Source: Longimicrobiales bacterium (lineage in GTDB: Bacteria > Gemmatimonadota > Gemmatimonadetes > Longimicrobiales > Gaopeijiaceae). From it: a stretch of DNA of 64,000 nucleotides. Made by a program: the position numbers and the translations under genes. The stretch spans positions 2,464,001 through 2,528,000 of the forward strand of contig OZ241869.1 in NCBI GenBank assembly GCA_965202805.1. The letters run 5' to 3'. The notes beneath the pieces were generated by a model that saw nothing but the letters and a program-made list of their open reading frames with translations, was not told where the DNA came from and ran no database searches. This document shows positions 29,454 through 39,437 of the stretch, in pieces; positions within the stretch are counted from its first letter, which is position 1, and each line of letters starts with the position of its first letter.

Positions 29454-30701
29454 TTGGTCCGCCCGCCGGGTGAGCAGGGCCGGGAGTTGATCGGGCGCAC
29501 GGGTCCGGTCGCGTCCGGCGACCGCATCATTAGCCTGGATGTCCTGCGTGGCTTCGCCGTGCTCGGCATCCTGGTCATGAACATCCAGTCGTTCGCGATG
29601 CCGTCGGCGGCCTACACCAACCCCATGGCCTACGGCGACCTCACGGGGGCGAACCTGTTCACGTGGGTGGCCAGCCACCTGCTCGTCGACCAGAAGTTCA
29701 TGACGCTCTTTTCGTTCCTGTTCGGCGCGGGCGTCTGCCTGTTCGCGGAACGGGCCGAAGCCCGCCGCGGCCGTTCGGCCGGGCTGCACTATCGGCGCAT
29801 GTTCTGGCTGCTGCTCATCGGCCTCGCCCACGCCTACCTGCTCTGGCCGGGGGACGTGCTGGTGACCTACGCGGTGTGCGGCAGCCTCGTCTTCCTGCTG
29901 CGCAACCGCGCGCCCGCGACGCTGTTGGTCATGGGCCTGGTGGTCATGTCGGTGGCGAGCTTCCTGTCCGTCAGCTTCGGCCTGATCGCGCCCATGCTCC
30001 CCGAAGCGGAGACGGCGGACATCGCCGCCGCCTGGGCACCGGCCGCCGCCGAACTCGAGGCGCAACTGCTCGCCTATCGCGGCGCGTGGCTCGCCCAGCA
30101 GGGCCAGCGGGTCCCCGACGCCCTCATGATGCACACGACCGTCATTCCGGCGCTGCTTTTCTGGCGCGCCACCGGCGTCATGCTCATCGGCATGGCGCTC
30201 TATCGCTGGAAGGTCCTCGATGCGACCCGAAGCGACACCTTCCATCGCCGCCTGGCGCTCATCGGAGTCGGCGCCGGCTTCCCGGCGGCCGCCGCGGGAA
30301 TCTGGTGGAACTTCGACGGCGGCTGGAGCTGGGAGCGCTCCTTCTTTCTCGGCTCCCAGTTCAACTACTGGGGAAGCCTGGCGATGGCTTTGGGCTACAT
30401 CGGCCTCGTGATGCTGGCCATCCGCCACCGATGGCTCCCCGCCCTGCAGGCTCGCCTGGCCGCCGCCGGCCGCATGGCGTTCACCAACTACATCGCCCAG
30501 ACCGTCCTCTGTACGACCATCTTCTACGGGCACGGGTTGGGGCTGTTCGGAAGCGTTGCGCGCTGGCAGATGCTGCTTGTCGTGTTCGGCGTGTGGGGAC
30601 TCCAGCTCTGGTGGTCACCTCTGCTGTTGGCGCGGTACCGCTACGGCCCGCTGGAATGGGGCTGGCGGACGCTGACCTACGGGAGGATTCCGGGACGGTA
30701 G
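29454..30701 (+). CDS. DUF418 (YeiB-like) membrane protein
   Basis: RIISLDVLRGFAVLGILVMNI, KFMTLFSFLFG, GRMAFTNYIAQ, YGPLEWGWR; exact start uncertain (TTG at 29487 possible). Confidence 0.9.
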   Translation: MVRPPGEQGRELIGRTGPVASGDRIISLDVLRGFAVLGILVMNIQSFAMPSAAYTNPMAYGDLTGANLFTWVASHLLVDQKFMTLFSFLFGAGVCLFAERAEARRGRSAGLHYRRMFWLLLIGLAHAYLLWPGDVLVTYAVCGSLVFLLRNRAPATLLVMGLVVMSVASFLSVSFGLIAPMLPEAETADIAAAWAPAAAELEAQLLAYRGAWLAQQGQRVPDALMMHTTVIPALLFWRATGVMLIGMALYRWKVLDATRSDTFHRRLALIGVGAGFPAAAAGIWWNFDGGWSWERSFFLGSQFNYWGSLAMALGYIGLVMLAIRHRWLPALQARLAAAGRMAFTNYIAQTVLCTTIFYGHGLGLFGSVARWQMLLVVFGVWGLQLWWSPLLLARYRYGPLEWGWRTLTYGRIPGR

Positions 30702-30735
30702 GCGGGGCCATCGAGGGGTCTTCCGGAGACGCTTC

Positions 30736-32595
30736 ATGAGGGAGTCTGGATTCACGACACTCGCCGCGACCGGCCTGGTCGCCGGGGCTGCCCTGGTCTC
30801 CGCCTGCGCCCAACATGCGGGGCGCGCGGGTCAGGAGGCCGAGGAGCTGTTCGAGGAAGCCTGCGCCGGTTGCCACACCGCGGCCGGCGAGGGCCGCACA
30901 CCCGGGGCCATGCTCCTCGGAGCGCTGTCCCCGCGTGCGATCGTCGCCTCGCTCGAGGACGGCGTCATGCGGGTGGAGGGCGCCGACCTGACGCGGGAGC
31001 AGCGCATCGGGCTGGCCGAGTACCTGACCGGACGCGACCATGCGAGCGAGATTCTGCCCGCGTCGGCCTTTTGCGCCGACCACGGTTGGGGGGAGCTGGA
31101 TCTGGACGCGGTGGCCTCGATGGGATGGGGCGGAAACCTGGAGGCGACGGGATTCCAGTCCGGCGAACTGGCCGGCCTCAGCGCCGATGACCTTCCCGAT
31201 CTGGAGCTGCGCTGGGCCTTCGCATTCGCGGACGCGGGAGAGGTGCGGACCAGGCCCACCGTCATCGGGGACGCCGTGCTCGTGGGCGGGCCGTTCGGCG
31301 AGGTGCTGGCGCTCGATGCGGCCACCGGATGCGTGCGCTGGAGCTTCGAGGCGGACGCCGCCGTGCGGGGAGCGGTGCTGGCGGGGGAGGGCCCCGAGGG
31401 CCGGACGACCGCCTGGTTCGTCGACTACCGGACCAACGCCTACGCGCTCGACGTGGCCACCGGAACCGTCGTGTGGAAGTACCAGGTCGGCTGGCATTCG
31501 ACCTCGAACACCACGGGGAGTCCCGCCCTTCACGACGGCCGGCTCTTCGTCCCCATCTCCTCGCTGGAAGTCGTCGTCGCGGGCGATCCTCGCTACGAGT
31601 GCTGCACCGCCTCGGGAGCGGTGGCCGCTCTCGACGCGATGACGGGCGATGTCCTGTGGTATCATCGCGTCATTCCCGACTACCCGGAGGAGGCGGGAAC
31701 CAATGACATCGGCACAACGCTGTGGGCCCCTTCAGGCGCGCCGGTCTGGTCCAGCCCCACCGTCGATACGGCGCGCGGACTCGTCTACGCCGGGACGGGG
31801 GAGAACTATACGCGGCCGACCACGGCAAACAGCGACGCCATCATCGCAATCGACATCGACACGGGAGAGCTGGCGTGGTCGTTCCAGGCCACCTCGGACG
31901 ACGCCTTCACCATGGCCTGCACATCGTCCACGGCTCGCCAGAACTGCCCCGACCCGCCGGGTCCCGACTTCGATTTCGGCATGTCCCCGATGCTCGTCCG
32001 GCGGACCGACGGCAGGGAGATCCTCGTGGCCGGCCAGAAGTCCGGGGTGGTCTGGGCGCTCGATCCGGATGACGAGGGAGCGGTGCTCTGGTCGACGAGG
32101 GTGGGAAAGGGAAGCGTGCTCGGCGGGATTCACTGGGGCATGGCGACCGACGGCCGGTACGCCTACGCCCCCAACGCGGACCGGAACATCGTAATCGTGG
32201 ACGTGAATCCCGAACGGGCCCCGGCGCCGGGCATGTACGCCCTGGACCTGATCAGCGGCGAGATCGTCTGGAGCGTTCCGGCCCCGGAGGACTCGTGCGC
32301 GGGCAAGCGAAGGTGCTTCGCCGCCTTCTCCGCGGCACCCGCGGCGATTCCGGGAGTGGTCTTTTCGGGGGGACTGGACGGACACCTGCGGGCCTATGCG
32401 GCGGAGGACGGACGGGTCCTGTGGGATTTCGACACGACCGAGGTCGCCGAGACCTCCAACGGCGTGGAGGGCAGGGGCGGAGCCATCGACGGCCCGGGTC
32501 CGGTGGTCGCGGGCGGCATGTTGTTCGCCAACAGCGGCTACGCCCCGTTCGGCCAGATGCCCGGCAACCTGCTGCTGGCCTTCGGAGTCTGGTGA
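30736..32595 (+). CDS. Quinohemoprotein dehydrogenase (PVA-dehydrogenase-like; N-terminal cytochrome c plus PQQ beta-propeller)
   Basis: CAGCH heme motif; LRWAF; YECCTASG; GAPVWSSP; GPDFDFG; AGQKSG; GGIHWG; PGNLLLAF. Confidence 0.9.
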   Translation: MRESGFTTLAATGLVAGAALVSACAQHAGRAGQEAEELFEEACAGCHTAAGEGRTPGAMLLGALSPRAIVASLEDGVMRVEGADLTREQRIGLAEYLTGRDHASEILPASAFCADHGWGELDLDAVASMGWGGNLEATGFQSGELAGLSADDLPDLELRWAFAFADAGEVRTRPTVIGDAVLVGGPFGEVLALDAATGCVRWSFEADAAVRGAVLAGEGPEGRTTAWFVDYRTNAYALDVATGTVVWKYQVGWHSTSNTTGSPALHDGRLFVPISSLEVVVAGDPRYECCTASGAVAALDAMTGDVLWYHRVIPDYPEEAGTNDIGTTLWAPSGAPVWSSPTVDTARGLVYAGTGENYTRPTTANSDAIIAIDIDTGELAWSFQATSDDAFTMACTSSTARQNCPDPPGPDFDFGMSPMLVRRTDGREILVAGQKSGVVWALDPDDEGAVLWSTRVGKGSVLGGIHWGMATDGRYAYAPNADRNIVIVDVNPERAPAPGMYALDLISGEIVWSVPAPEDSCAGKRRCFAAFSAAPAAIPGVVFSGGLDGHLRAYAAEDGRVLWDFDTTEVAETSNGVEGRGGAIDGPGPVVAGGMLFANSGYAPFGQMPGNLLLAFGVW

Positions 32596-32629
32596 CCGGC
32601 CCGCCGTACCCTTGCCCGGAGGACAAGGA

Positions 32630-33472
32630 ATGACTGGATGCGGAAGGTTGGTCGCGCCCTTGCCGGCGGCCATGGTCGTGCTGATATCGGCCTGCGCCGG
32701 GAGCGACGGCATCCCCCGGACGGCGTCCGGCCACCCGGACATGAACGGCTTGTGGCAGGCGCTCGGAAACGCGCACTGGGACATCGAGCCGCACGCGGCC
32801 CGCCCGGCACTCGCCATGCAGCCCGGCCCGGTGGTCCCGGTTCCGGCGAACGAGGTCGTCGCCCTGGGTGCCGTCGGATCCGTCCCATCCGGCTACGGCG
32901 TCGTCGAAGGGGGCGAGATCCCCTACCTGCCCGAGGCGCTGGCGATGCGCGACGAGAACCGGGAGAGGTGGCTCGAGCGCGACCCCGAGATCAGGTGCTA
33001 CCTGCCGGGCGTGCCGCGGGCCACCTACATGCCCTTCCCCTTCCGCATCTTCCAGAGCGAGAGCAGGTTCTTCATCGCCTACGAGTACGCGGGCGCCATG
33101 CGCGACATCTACCTCGAGGACCCGGGGCCGCCGCAGGTGGATTCCTGGATGGGCCAGTCCCACGGCCGCTGGGAGGGCGACACCTTCGTGGTCGAGGTGA
33201 CCGGCTTCAACGGCCGGACGTGGCTGGATCGGGCCGGAAACCACCATGGGCCCGGCCTCAAGGTCACCGAACGCTACACGATGATCGGCCCCGACCACAT
33301 CATGTACGAGGCGGAGCTCGAAGACCCGGAGACGTTTTCCCGCCCCTGGACGCTGCGAATGCCGCTGTATCGCAACATCGACCCCAACGCCCGGCTGGGA
33401 CAGTTCAAGTGCGTCGAGTTCGTGGAGGAGCTGATGTATGGGCACCTGCGCAGGAACCCGATCCAGCGCTAA
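32630..33472 (+). CDS. Exported hypothetical protein (PRTxxGxPD family), putative lipoprotein
   Basis: LISAC; PRTASGHPDMNGLW; DPEIRCYLPGVPR; WMGQSHGRWEGDT; KVTERY; EDP; FKC. Confidence 0.8.
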   Translation: MTGCGRLVAPLPAAMVVLISACAGSDGIPRTASGHPDMNGLWQALGNAHWDIEPHAARPALAMQPGPVVPVPANEVVALGAVGSVPSGYGVVEGGEIPYLPEALAMRDENRERWLERDPEIRCYLPGVPRATYMPFPFRIFQSESRFFIAYEYAGAMRDIYLEDPGPPQVDSWMGQSHGRWEGDTFVVEVTGFNGRTWLDRAGNHHGPGLKVTERYTMIGPDHIMYEAELEDPETFSRPWTLRMPLYRNIDPNARLGQFKCVEFVEELMYGHLRRNPIQR

Positions 33473-33706
33473 CGGCGCCAACAACCCCGGCGGATTCTGG
33501 AAGGAACGGGAGCCAGCCCGGCCAGGACGCGGGAGATGCGTGGCTTGACGGCAGCTGCGGGAACCCCGCGAACGCGGAGATTTGACCTCAAATCGGGCCG
33601 GCGGATATCGTGGAGTATGAACCGTTTGGATCGCATTACCCTTGTGGGGCACGCGCGAAGTTCATTGGTGCTTGCGGGCGCGCACCGGGTCGGCGCGGAC
33701 GTCGCC

Positions 33707-34765
33707 ATGAGACCCGTGATGGTGCTGACGGCGACGCTCGCTCTGGCACTCGCCCCGTCTCTGCTCGCCTCTTCGTTGAGCGCCCAGCAGCCGGAGCCGG
33801 CGGCGGCGAACTGGACGATGCCGCGCACGCCCGCCGGACATCCCGACCTGCAGGGCAACTGGACCAACGCCACGGTCACCCCGATCCAGCGCCCGGAGGG
33901 ACAGGGGCCGGTTTTCACCCGGGAGGAGGTGGCGCGGATCGAAGGGCGCGTCCTCGAGTCGCGGGCGGAGGGCTACGCCGACAGCGACCCCAACCGGGAA
34001 GCCCCGCCCGTGGGTGGCGTCTTCACGGGCAACGCCCGCTTCGACGCCGCGACGGGAGGCACCGGCGGATACAACGCCTTCTACATCGATGCCGGCGAGC
34101 GCGTCGCGATCTTCAACGGCGAACCAAGGACTTCCCTGATCGTCGATCCGCCCGACGGACGAGTCCCGGAGCTGAACGACGAGGGCCGCGAGCTCGTCAC
34201 GGAGCGCCGCCGGCTCGCTCGACGGTTCGGCGCCTACGACAACCCCGAGAATCGGCCGCTCGGCGAGCGCTGCATCATGTCGTTCGGGTCGAACGCCGGG
34301 CCGCCGATGCTCCCGAACTACTTCTACAACAACAACTACACGATCGTGCAGACGCCGGACCACGTCATGATCATGACCGAGATGGTCCACGATGTCCGCG
34401 TCATCCGGCTCGGGGAGCCGAGGCGGCTGCCCCCGCATGTTCGTCCGTGGATGGGCGATTCGTGGGGGCGCTGGGAGGGAGACACCCTTGTCGTGGAGAC
34501 CACGAACCTCCACCCCAACCAGACCCTGCAGGGCATCCCCCCCTCCGGGGAGATGAAGGTCGTCGAGCGCTTCACGCGGGCCGGCGAGCGCACGATCAAC
34601 TACGAATTCACCGTCGAGGATCCGCGCATGCTCTCCCGGACCTGGAGCGGCGAAGTGCCGTTCACGCGGCTTGACGGGCTGGTCTACGAATACGCCTGTC
34701 ACGAGGGCAACTACTCGCTCGAGAACGTGCTTCGCGGCGCTCGGGCGCAGGAACGGAGGCAGTGA
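33707..34765 (+). CDS. Exported hypothetical protein, distant paralog of the upstream gene
   Basis: PRTPAGHPDLQGNW; ERCI..GPPM; WMGDSWGRWEGDTLVVET; VVERF; EDP; YEYACHEGN; start uncertain. Confidence 0.8.
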   Translation: MRPVMVLTATLALALAPSLLASSLSAQQPEPAAANWTMPRTPAGHPDLQGNWTNATVTPIQRPEGQGPVFTREEVARIEGRVLESRAEGYADSDPNREAPPVGGVFTGNARFDAATGGTGGYNAFYIDAGERVAIFNGEPRTSLIVDPPDGRVPELNDEGRELVTERRRLARRFGAYDNPENRPLGERCIMSFGSNAGPPMLPNYFYNNNYTIVQTPDHVMIMTEMVHDVRVIRLGEPRRLPPHVRPWMGDSWGRWEGDTLVVETTNLHPNQTLQGIPPSGEMKVVERFTRAGERTINYEFTVEDPRMLSRTWSGEVPFTRLDGLVYEYACHEGNYSLENVLRGARAQERRQ

Positions 34766-34766
34766 G

Positions 34767-35267
34767 ATGGGCTGGATGGATGGGGGCTCGGCCGGAGGCG
34801 GAGATATCGCAGGCAATGCGCGGCTCGGCGCGACGCTATTGGCGGCCGTCGTCGCGCTGACGGTGGTGGTCGCGGCCCCGCTGGTCGCCCACCATGCCTT
34901 CGGCGCCGAATTCGACCGCAACGCGCCGATCAGGCTGCAGGGCCGGATCGTGAGGCTGGAGTGGGTGAACCCCCACACCTGGATTCACCTGGAGATCGAG
35001 AACGAGGACGGATCCTCCGAGGTCTGGGCCGTGGAGGGCGGCACCCCCAACGTGCTGCTCAGACGGGGGCTGCGCAGGGACTGCCTTCAGCCCGGCACGG
35101 AGATCATCGTGGACGGCTACCAGGCCAAGGACCACTCCCTCAGGCGCGCCAACGGACGCGACGTGACCTTCACCGACGGCAGCAAGATCTTCCTGGGTTC
35201 GTCGGGGACGGGCGCGCCGTACGATGAGGACCTGATCAGGGCTCGGCGGGAACGGGGGCGGTGTTAA
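34767..35267 (+). CDS. DUF6152 family protein
   Basis: Signal peptide followed by AHHAFGAEFD; LEWVNPH; WAVEGGTP. Confidence 0.8.
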   Translation: MGWMDGGSAGGGDIAGNARLGATLLAAVVALTVVVAAPLVAHHAFGAEFDRNAPIRLQGRIVRLEWVNPHTWIHLEIENEDGSSEVWAVEGGTPNVLLRRGLRRDCLQPGTEIIVDGYQAKDHSLRRANGRDVTFTDGSKIFLGSSGTGAPYDEDLIRARRERGRC

Positions 35268-35279
35268 CATCAACCCCAT

Positions 35280-35750
35280 TTACGAAAACCCGATCCACCT
35301 CCCCGCCGCCGCCACGGTGAACCACAGCGCCAGCGATACCGCGCCGACGATGCGGCCGGTCGCGCCGGGGTCGTCCGCTTCGCGACGCGCCACCCGCTCC
35401 CGCACCGCGAAGGTGAAGGCGAGCGCCAGCGGCAACGTGCACATCTTGACCCAGAACGAAGTGTTGTAGTAGGCCCTTATCGCCTCGGAGAGGAAGAGCG
35501 GCACGCCGGTGGCGGCCATGACCACCAGGCTTCCGACCAGCCACGGACGCGCGTTGCGTGCCAGCCGGGCCACCGGCTGGGAGGTGAGGCCCAGGCCGAG
35601 CAGCCGGAGATCCACGACCAGCAGGGCGCCCCCGAGGACGCAGAGCCCGATGAGGTGCACCGCCTCGAGGATCGGGAAGGCCCACACCGATTCGGCGACC
35701 GCCCGGCCGACCAGCGTCGACTCGCACCACCGGAAGAAGGGTTCGAGCAC
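35280..35750 (-). CDS. DUF6644 family membrane protein
   Basis: WAFPILEAVHLIG, VDLRLLG, TGVPLF, YYNTSFWVKM, AAGRWIGF. Confidence 0.8.
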   Translation of the reverse strand: MLEPFFRWCESTLVGRAVAESVWAFPILEAVHLIGLCVLGGALLVVDLRLLGLGLTSQPVARLARNARPWLVGSLVVMAATGVPLFLSEAIRAYYNTSFWVKMCTLPLALAFTFAVRERVARREADDPGATGRIVGAVSLALWFTVAAAGRWIGFS

Positions 35751-35756
35751 GGTCGT

Positions 35757-36323
35757 CTACTCCGCCCCGACGGCACCCACGGCGCACCCCGCCAGCCGGT
35801 TCACCCACGCGGGCTGCGGCTGAAGGTCGCAGTCGAACCAGTTGTAGGCGATCAGGCGGCCGGCGACCACGATGACCGCCCAGGCCGTGAGGGACACCGC
35901 GCCCGCAATCCGCGCGGCACGAGGGGGCGTTGCGTCCTCGTCCCAGTCGCCCGCGTCGCGGTGCACGCCGGCGTGGAAGATCGCCGCGTTGGCGCCGGCC
36001 AGGACCAGCACGGCAACCTTCGCCCGGAAGAAGAGGTTGTGGTAGTAGCGGAGCGGTTGCGAATAGAAGAGGAGGAGGCCCGTCACCGTCATGATGGCGA
36101 AGCCGATCCGCGTCCACGGAAGCAGCCGCCCGGTAAACGCCGTAACGGGCACCCGGCGGAATGCGATTCCGACGAGGCGCAGGTCCATCATGACCGTGGT
36201 GCCCACGAACAGGCCGAGCGTGAGGACATGCGTCGATTCCACCAGGGGCCACACGTACAGCGACTCCAGCAGAGCCACGCTCCAGGACGTCTCGCCGAGC
36301 CAGCCCAGAAAGCGCTCGATCAC
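35757..36323 (-). CDS. DUF6644 family membrane protein
   Basis: VWPLVESTHVL, MDLRLVG, TGLLLF, YYHNLFFRAK, AGRLIAY. Confidence 0.8.
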   Translation of the reverse strand: MIERFLGWLGETSWSVALLESLYVWPLVESTHVLTLGLFVGTTVMMDLRLVGIAFRRVPVTAFTGRLLPWTRIGFAIMTVTGLLLFYSQPLRYYHNLFFRAKVAVLVLAGANAAIFHAGVHRDAGDWDEDATPPRAARIAGAVSLTAWAVIVVAGRLIAYNWFDCDLQPQPAWVNRLAGCAVGAVGAE

Positions 36324-36360
36324 GGACAGCGCTCGATCACAGGACAGCGCTCGGTCACGG
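36311..36360. repeat. Triplicated 17-18 nt unit covering the DUF6644 start codon
   Basis: agcgctcgatcacggac / agcgctcgatcacaggac / agcgctcggtcacgg. Confidence 0.8.
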
Positions 36361-36371
36361 GGCGTCCCGGG

Positions 36372-36857
36372 TCACGGGACTTCCGGGCCCGCGTCGTAGG
36401 AGGGGCGCAGGGTCTCGGCGGCGTAGACGGCGTGGCACCCGGTGCAGACGAGGTACACGTCGCCCCCCGCCTCGAAGACGGCGTCGGGATCGCGGGCCTG
36501 GGCCGCCGCGACCGCGCGTCTTCCGATCTCGATCATGGAGCGGGACATCGCCGTCCAGCGGTCCCGGCCCCGGGCGCGATCCTCAAGCAGCAGGAGGTTG
36601 CCGGACTCCGCCAGCACGAAAGCCGCGTTTTCCACCGCCTCCCACTCCTCCTCGGTGCGGGGCTCGATGTGGCGCGTGCCCTCCTCGTCCATGATCACGC
36701 CCACTGCATCCCAGTACACCTCCGCCGCCGGCTCGATGACCGACAGCATGAGCTGGCGCGAGTCGGCCACCGCTGCGAAGGGAGCCGGCTCGGGCGAGTC
36801 GGCGCAGCCGAGCAGGGCGAGCAGGCTCAGGGCGAAGATCGGGTCGTGCGTCGTCAT
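36372..36857 (-). CDS. Cytochrome c'-like monoheme lipoprotein
   Basis: Lipobox ALLGC; helical core (WEAVENAA..LAESGNLL); C-terminal CTGCH. Confidence 0.78.
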   Translation of the reverse strand: MTTHDPIFALSLLALLGCADSPEPAPFAAVADSRQLMLSVIEPAAEVYWDAVGVIMDEEGTRHIEPRTEEEWEAVENAAFVLAESGNLLLLEDRARGRDRWTAMSRSMIEIGRRAVAAAQARDPDAVFEAGGDVYLVCTGCHAVYAAETLRPSYDAGPEVP

Positions 36858-36970
36858 GGCCCGCAAACTTGCCCGGGCGGAACGGTCGCGAAAGGGGACC
36901 GCCACGGCCATGTTGTCCCCAGCGGCATCCCGTCCGCCCGGGACCACACCCACACCGAACCGGCAACCCC

Positions 36971-38263
36971 ATGAAGCTGACGTCGAACAATGCGCCGCGC
37001 GCCGCGCCGCGTTCCCTCTCCACGCGTTCCCTCTCCATCGCTCTCTTCGTTGCGCTGGCCGCGACCCTCCTGGCCCTTTCCGCCGGATCACGGCAACAGT
37101 GGACCACGGCCGAGCCGGAAGAGGTCGGCATGTCCAGCGAGGTGCTCGCCCGCATCGCGCCAACCATGCAGCGGTTGATCGACCGCAACGGAACGGCGGG
37201 AATCATGACCCTGGTGTCCCGCAGGGGCGAGATCGTGCACTGGAACGCGCAGGGTTGGCGCATCCGCGGCGACGACCCCCTCGAGCCCGACGACATCTTC
37301 CGCATCTACTCCATGACCAAACCGGTGACGAGCGTCGCGGCGATGATCCTCGTCGACGACGGGCTTCTCTCGCTGGACGACGAACTCGGGAGCGTCCTCC
37401 CGGATTTCGCCGGCGTCCAGGTCTACGAGAACGGAGGAACCCGGCCGCCCAGCCGACCCATCCTCATCCGCGACCTGCTCACGCACACGTCGGGGCTCAC
37501 CTACGGATTCTTCGGCGACAGCCCCGTCGACTCGATGTACAACCGCGAGCTGAACGCGCTTCCCGAAGGCCCGGGCGGCGACCTGGAAGAGAGAGTCGCC
37601 ACCATCGCGTCGCTGCCCCTGATCGACGATCCCGGCGCGCGCTGGAACTACAGCGTGTCCACGGACGTGCTCGGCCGCGTCGTGGAGGTGGTATCGGGCC
37701 AGTCCCTGAACGACTTCTTCCGCGAGCGCATCTTCGAGCCGCTGGGCATGGAGGATACCGGGTTTCGCGTTCCGGTGGGCAAACTCGATCGCTTCACCGC
37801 AATGTACCGCCGCAGCGGCGACGGCCTCGGCCCGGCGGGAATCCCCGGCGACGGCCCCTTCACCCGTCCCCCGACCTGGCTCTCCGGCGGCGGCGGCCTG
37901 GTTTCGACGGCCGGCGATTACCTCCGCTTCTGCCGAATGCTGCTGGGCGGGGGCGAACTCGACGGCGTGAGGCTCCTGCGGCCCGGGACGGTTCGCCTCA
38001 TGACCGGCAACTATCTGCCCGACGAGATGATCCCCATCCTGCCGGGACTCGACGACCAGGGGTTCGGCCTGGGCTTCGCCGTCTCGGTCGGAGTGAACGC
38101 GGGAAGCTACTGGTGGTCGGGCATTGCCAACACGTATTTCTGGGTGGATCCCCGCGAGGAGATCGTCGCAATGGCGTGGACGCAGCTTCAGCCCTACGGC
38201 GCGGCGCCGCTCGACCGCCTTCTGAGACCACTCGTGTACGAGGCCATCATCGACCGGGAATGA
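36971..38263 (+). CDS. Serine hydrolase, beta-lactamase class C-like family
   Basis: FRIYSMTK (SxxK), LLTHTSG, WNYS, IFEPLGM, GGGGLVST, FWVDP. Confidence 0.92.
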   Translation: MKLTSNNAPRAAPRSLSTRSLSIALFVALAATLLALSAGSRQQWTTAEPEEVGMSSEVLARIAPTMQRLIDRNGTAGIMTLVSRRGEIVHWNAQGWRIRGDDPLEPDDIFRIYSMTKPVTSVAAMILVDDGLLSLDDELGSVLPDFAGVQVYENGGTRPPSRPILIRDLLTHTSGLTYGFFGDSPVDSMYNRELNALPEGPGGDLEERVATIASLPLIDDPGARWNYSVSTDVLGRVVEVVSGQSLNDFFRERIFEPLGMEDTGFRVPVGKLDRFTAMYRRSGDGLGPAGIPGDGPFTRPPTWLSGGGGLVSTAGDYLRFCRMLLGGGELDGVRLLRPGTVRLMTGNYLPDEMIPILPGLDDQGFGLGFAVSVGVNAGSYWWSGIANTYFWVDPREEIVAMAWTQLQPYGAAPLDRLLRPLVYEAIIDRE

Positions 38264-38389
38264 CGAACGCGAGCCCGCTCGCAGTTTGCACCGCAGAACG
38301 ATTCACGGCCCCCGGGCACGCTACCGGTAGTAGTAGGGGCACATCGGCATACCATAGGTAGTAGTGCGCAACTTCCGCGGCGCAGACTC

Positions 38390-38932
38390 CTAGGTCCCGA
38401 ACACGATCTCCGCCTGGGCCCCGACCTCGATCTCCATCAGCGCGAACCAGCCCTGCGGCACCTCCAGCGCGAACATGGCCGGGCCGGAGGACGTGTGCAT
38501 GCGGGTGGTCTCGGGCTCCATCTGCTGGATATCGATGATGCGGGCATTCGCGTCCAGATAGGCGATGTCGAGCGGGATGAAGGTATCCTGCATCCAGAAG
38601 GACCGAACATCTTCGTCGTCGAACACGAAGATCATCCCCGATCCAGCGGCCAGATGGTCGCGGTTGCTCAGCCCCCGGCCGCGTTCGGTCGGGGTCCGTG
38701 CGATTTCCGCCACCACCGTGTCCGCGCCGAAGATCACCCAGGCGAGGTCGCGGCCGGGTCCCGCCGGCATGACCGCCTCCGACGCCTCGGGCACGGACTG
38801 GGCATCGCCCCCGGATCCGTTGCAGCCCAGGAGCGGCACAGCCAGGAGAAGCGCGGGGAGAAGCAGTTGGCCGAGACGCGGCGAGAGACTCCGGTGTCGG
38901 TCGTGCGGGGGAGAATGCGGGGGTGAGGACAT
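38390..38932 (-). CDS. DUF192 domain lipoprotein
   Basis: LLGC lipobox; EIARTP.ER.RGL; GMIFVF; FWMQDTFIPLDIAY; ALEVPQG. Confidence 0.9.
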   Translation of the reverse strand: MSSPPHSPPHDRHRSLSPRLGQLLLPALLLAVPLLGCNGSGGDAQSVPEASEAVMPAGPGRDLAWVIFGADTVVAEIARTPTERGRGLSNRDHLAAGSGMIFVFDDEDVRSFWMQDTFIPLDIAYLDANARIIDIQQMEPETTRMHTSSGPAMFALEVPQGWFALMEIEVGAQAEIVFGT

Positions 38933-39107
38933 CTATCGCCTGCCGGGAACAAGGTGGATCGTCGCATTCCGCGACGAGCGGGTGTCCCGTCCCCGGGCGC
39001 CGCCGGGTGGACGGGCGTTTCCATCGATTCACCTGCAATGATAACTTACGGGCGTCTCCCAGGAAGGATCCCGATCTTCGGGAACCGCGACGGAAACCAG
39101 GAAGCGC

Positions 39108-39362
39108 ATGCTCGACCCGGAACTCCTCGACATCCTCGTCTGCCCGGAAGCGCGCACCGCGCTGCGCATGGCCGACGACGATCTGTTGAGGGCACTCAAC
39201 CGGGCCGTCGAAGGAGGCGCGGTACGGAACCGGCGCGGCGAACTCCTGACCGACCCGGTGACGGCGGGCCTGGTCCGGGAGGACGGCACCGTCCTGTACC
39301 CCATACGGGACGGCATTCCCATCATGCTCATCGACGAGGCCGTCCCCGTCGGCAACCTCTGA
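39108..39362 (+). CDS. Trm112-family protein
   Basis: LLDILVCP ... YPIRDGIPIML. Confidence 0.88.
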   Translation: MLDPELLDILVCPEARTALRMADDDLLRALNRAVEGGAVRNRRGELLTDPVTAGLVREDGTVLYPIRDGIPIMLIDEAVPVGNL

Positions 39363-39437
39363 CGCATCGGACGCGCTTCAGCCATCACTCGAAGGCGCTC
39401 GGCTCCTAACGGCGCGCCGGGGGAACCACACCATCTC

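Noticed and set aside
36311..36360. CRISPR array (also considered for 6291..6335 and 11883..11925)
   Set aside because: Units are directly tandem with no unique spacers, too short, and there are no cas genes.
36971..38263. Antibiotic-resistance beta-lactamase
   Set aside because: Motifs fit the broad esterase/serine-hydrolase branch; no KTG triad recognised and no mobile context.
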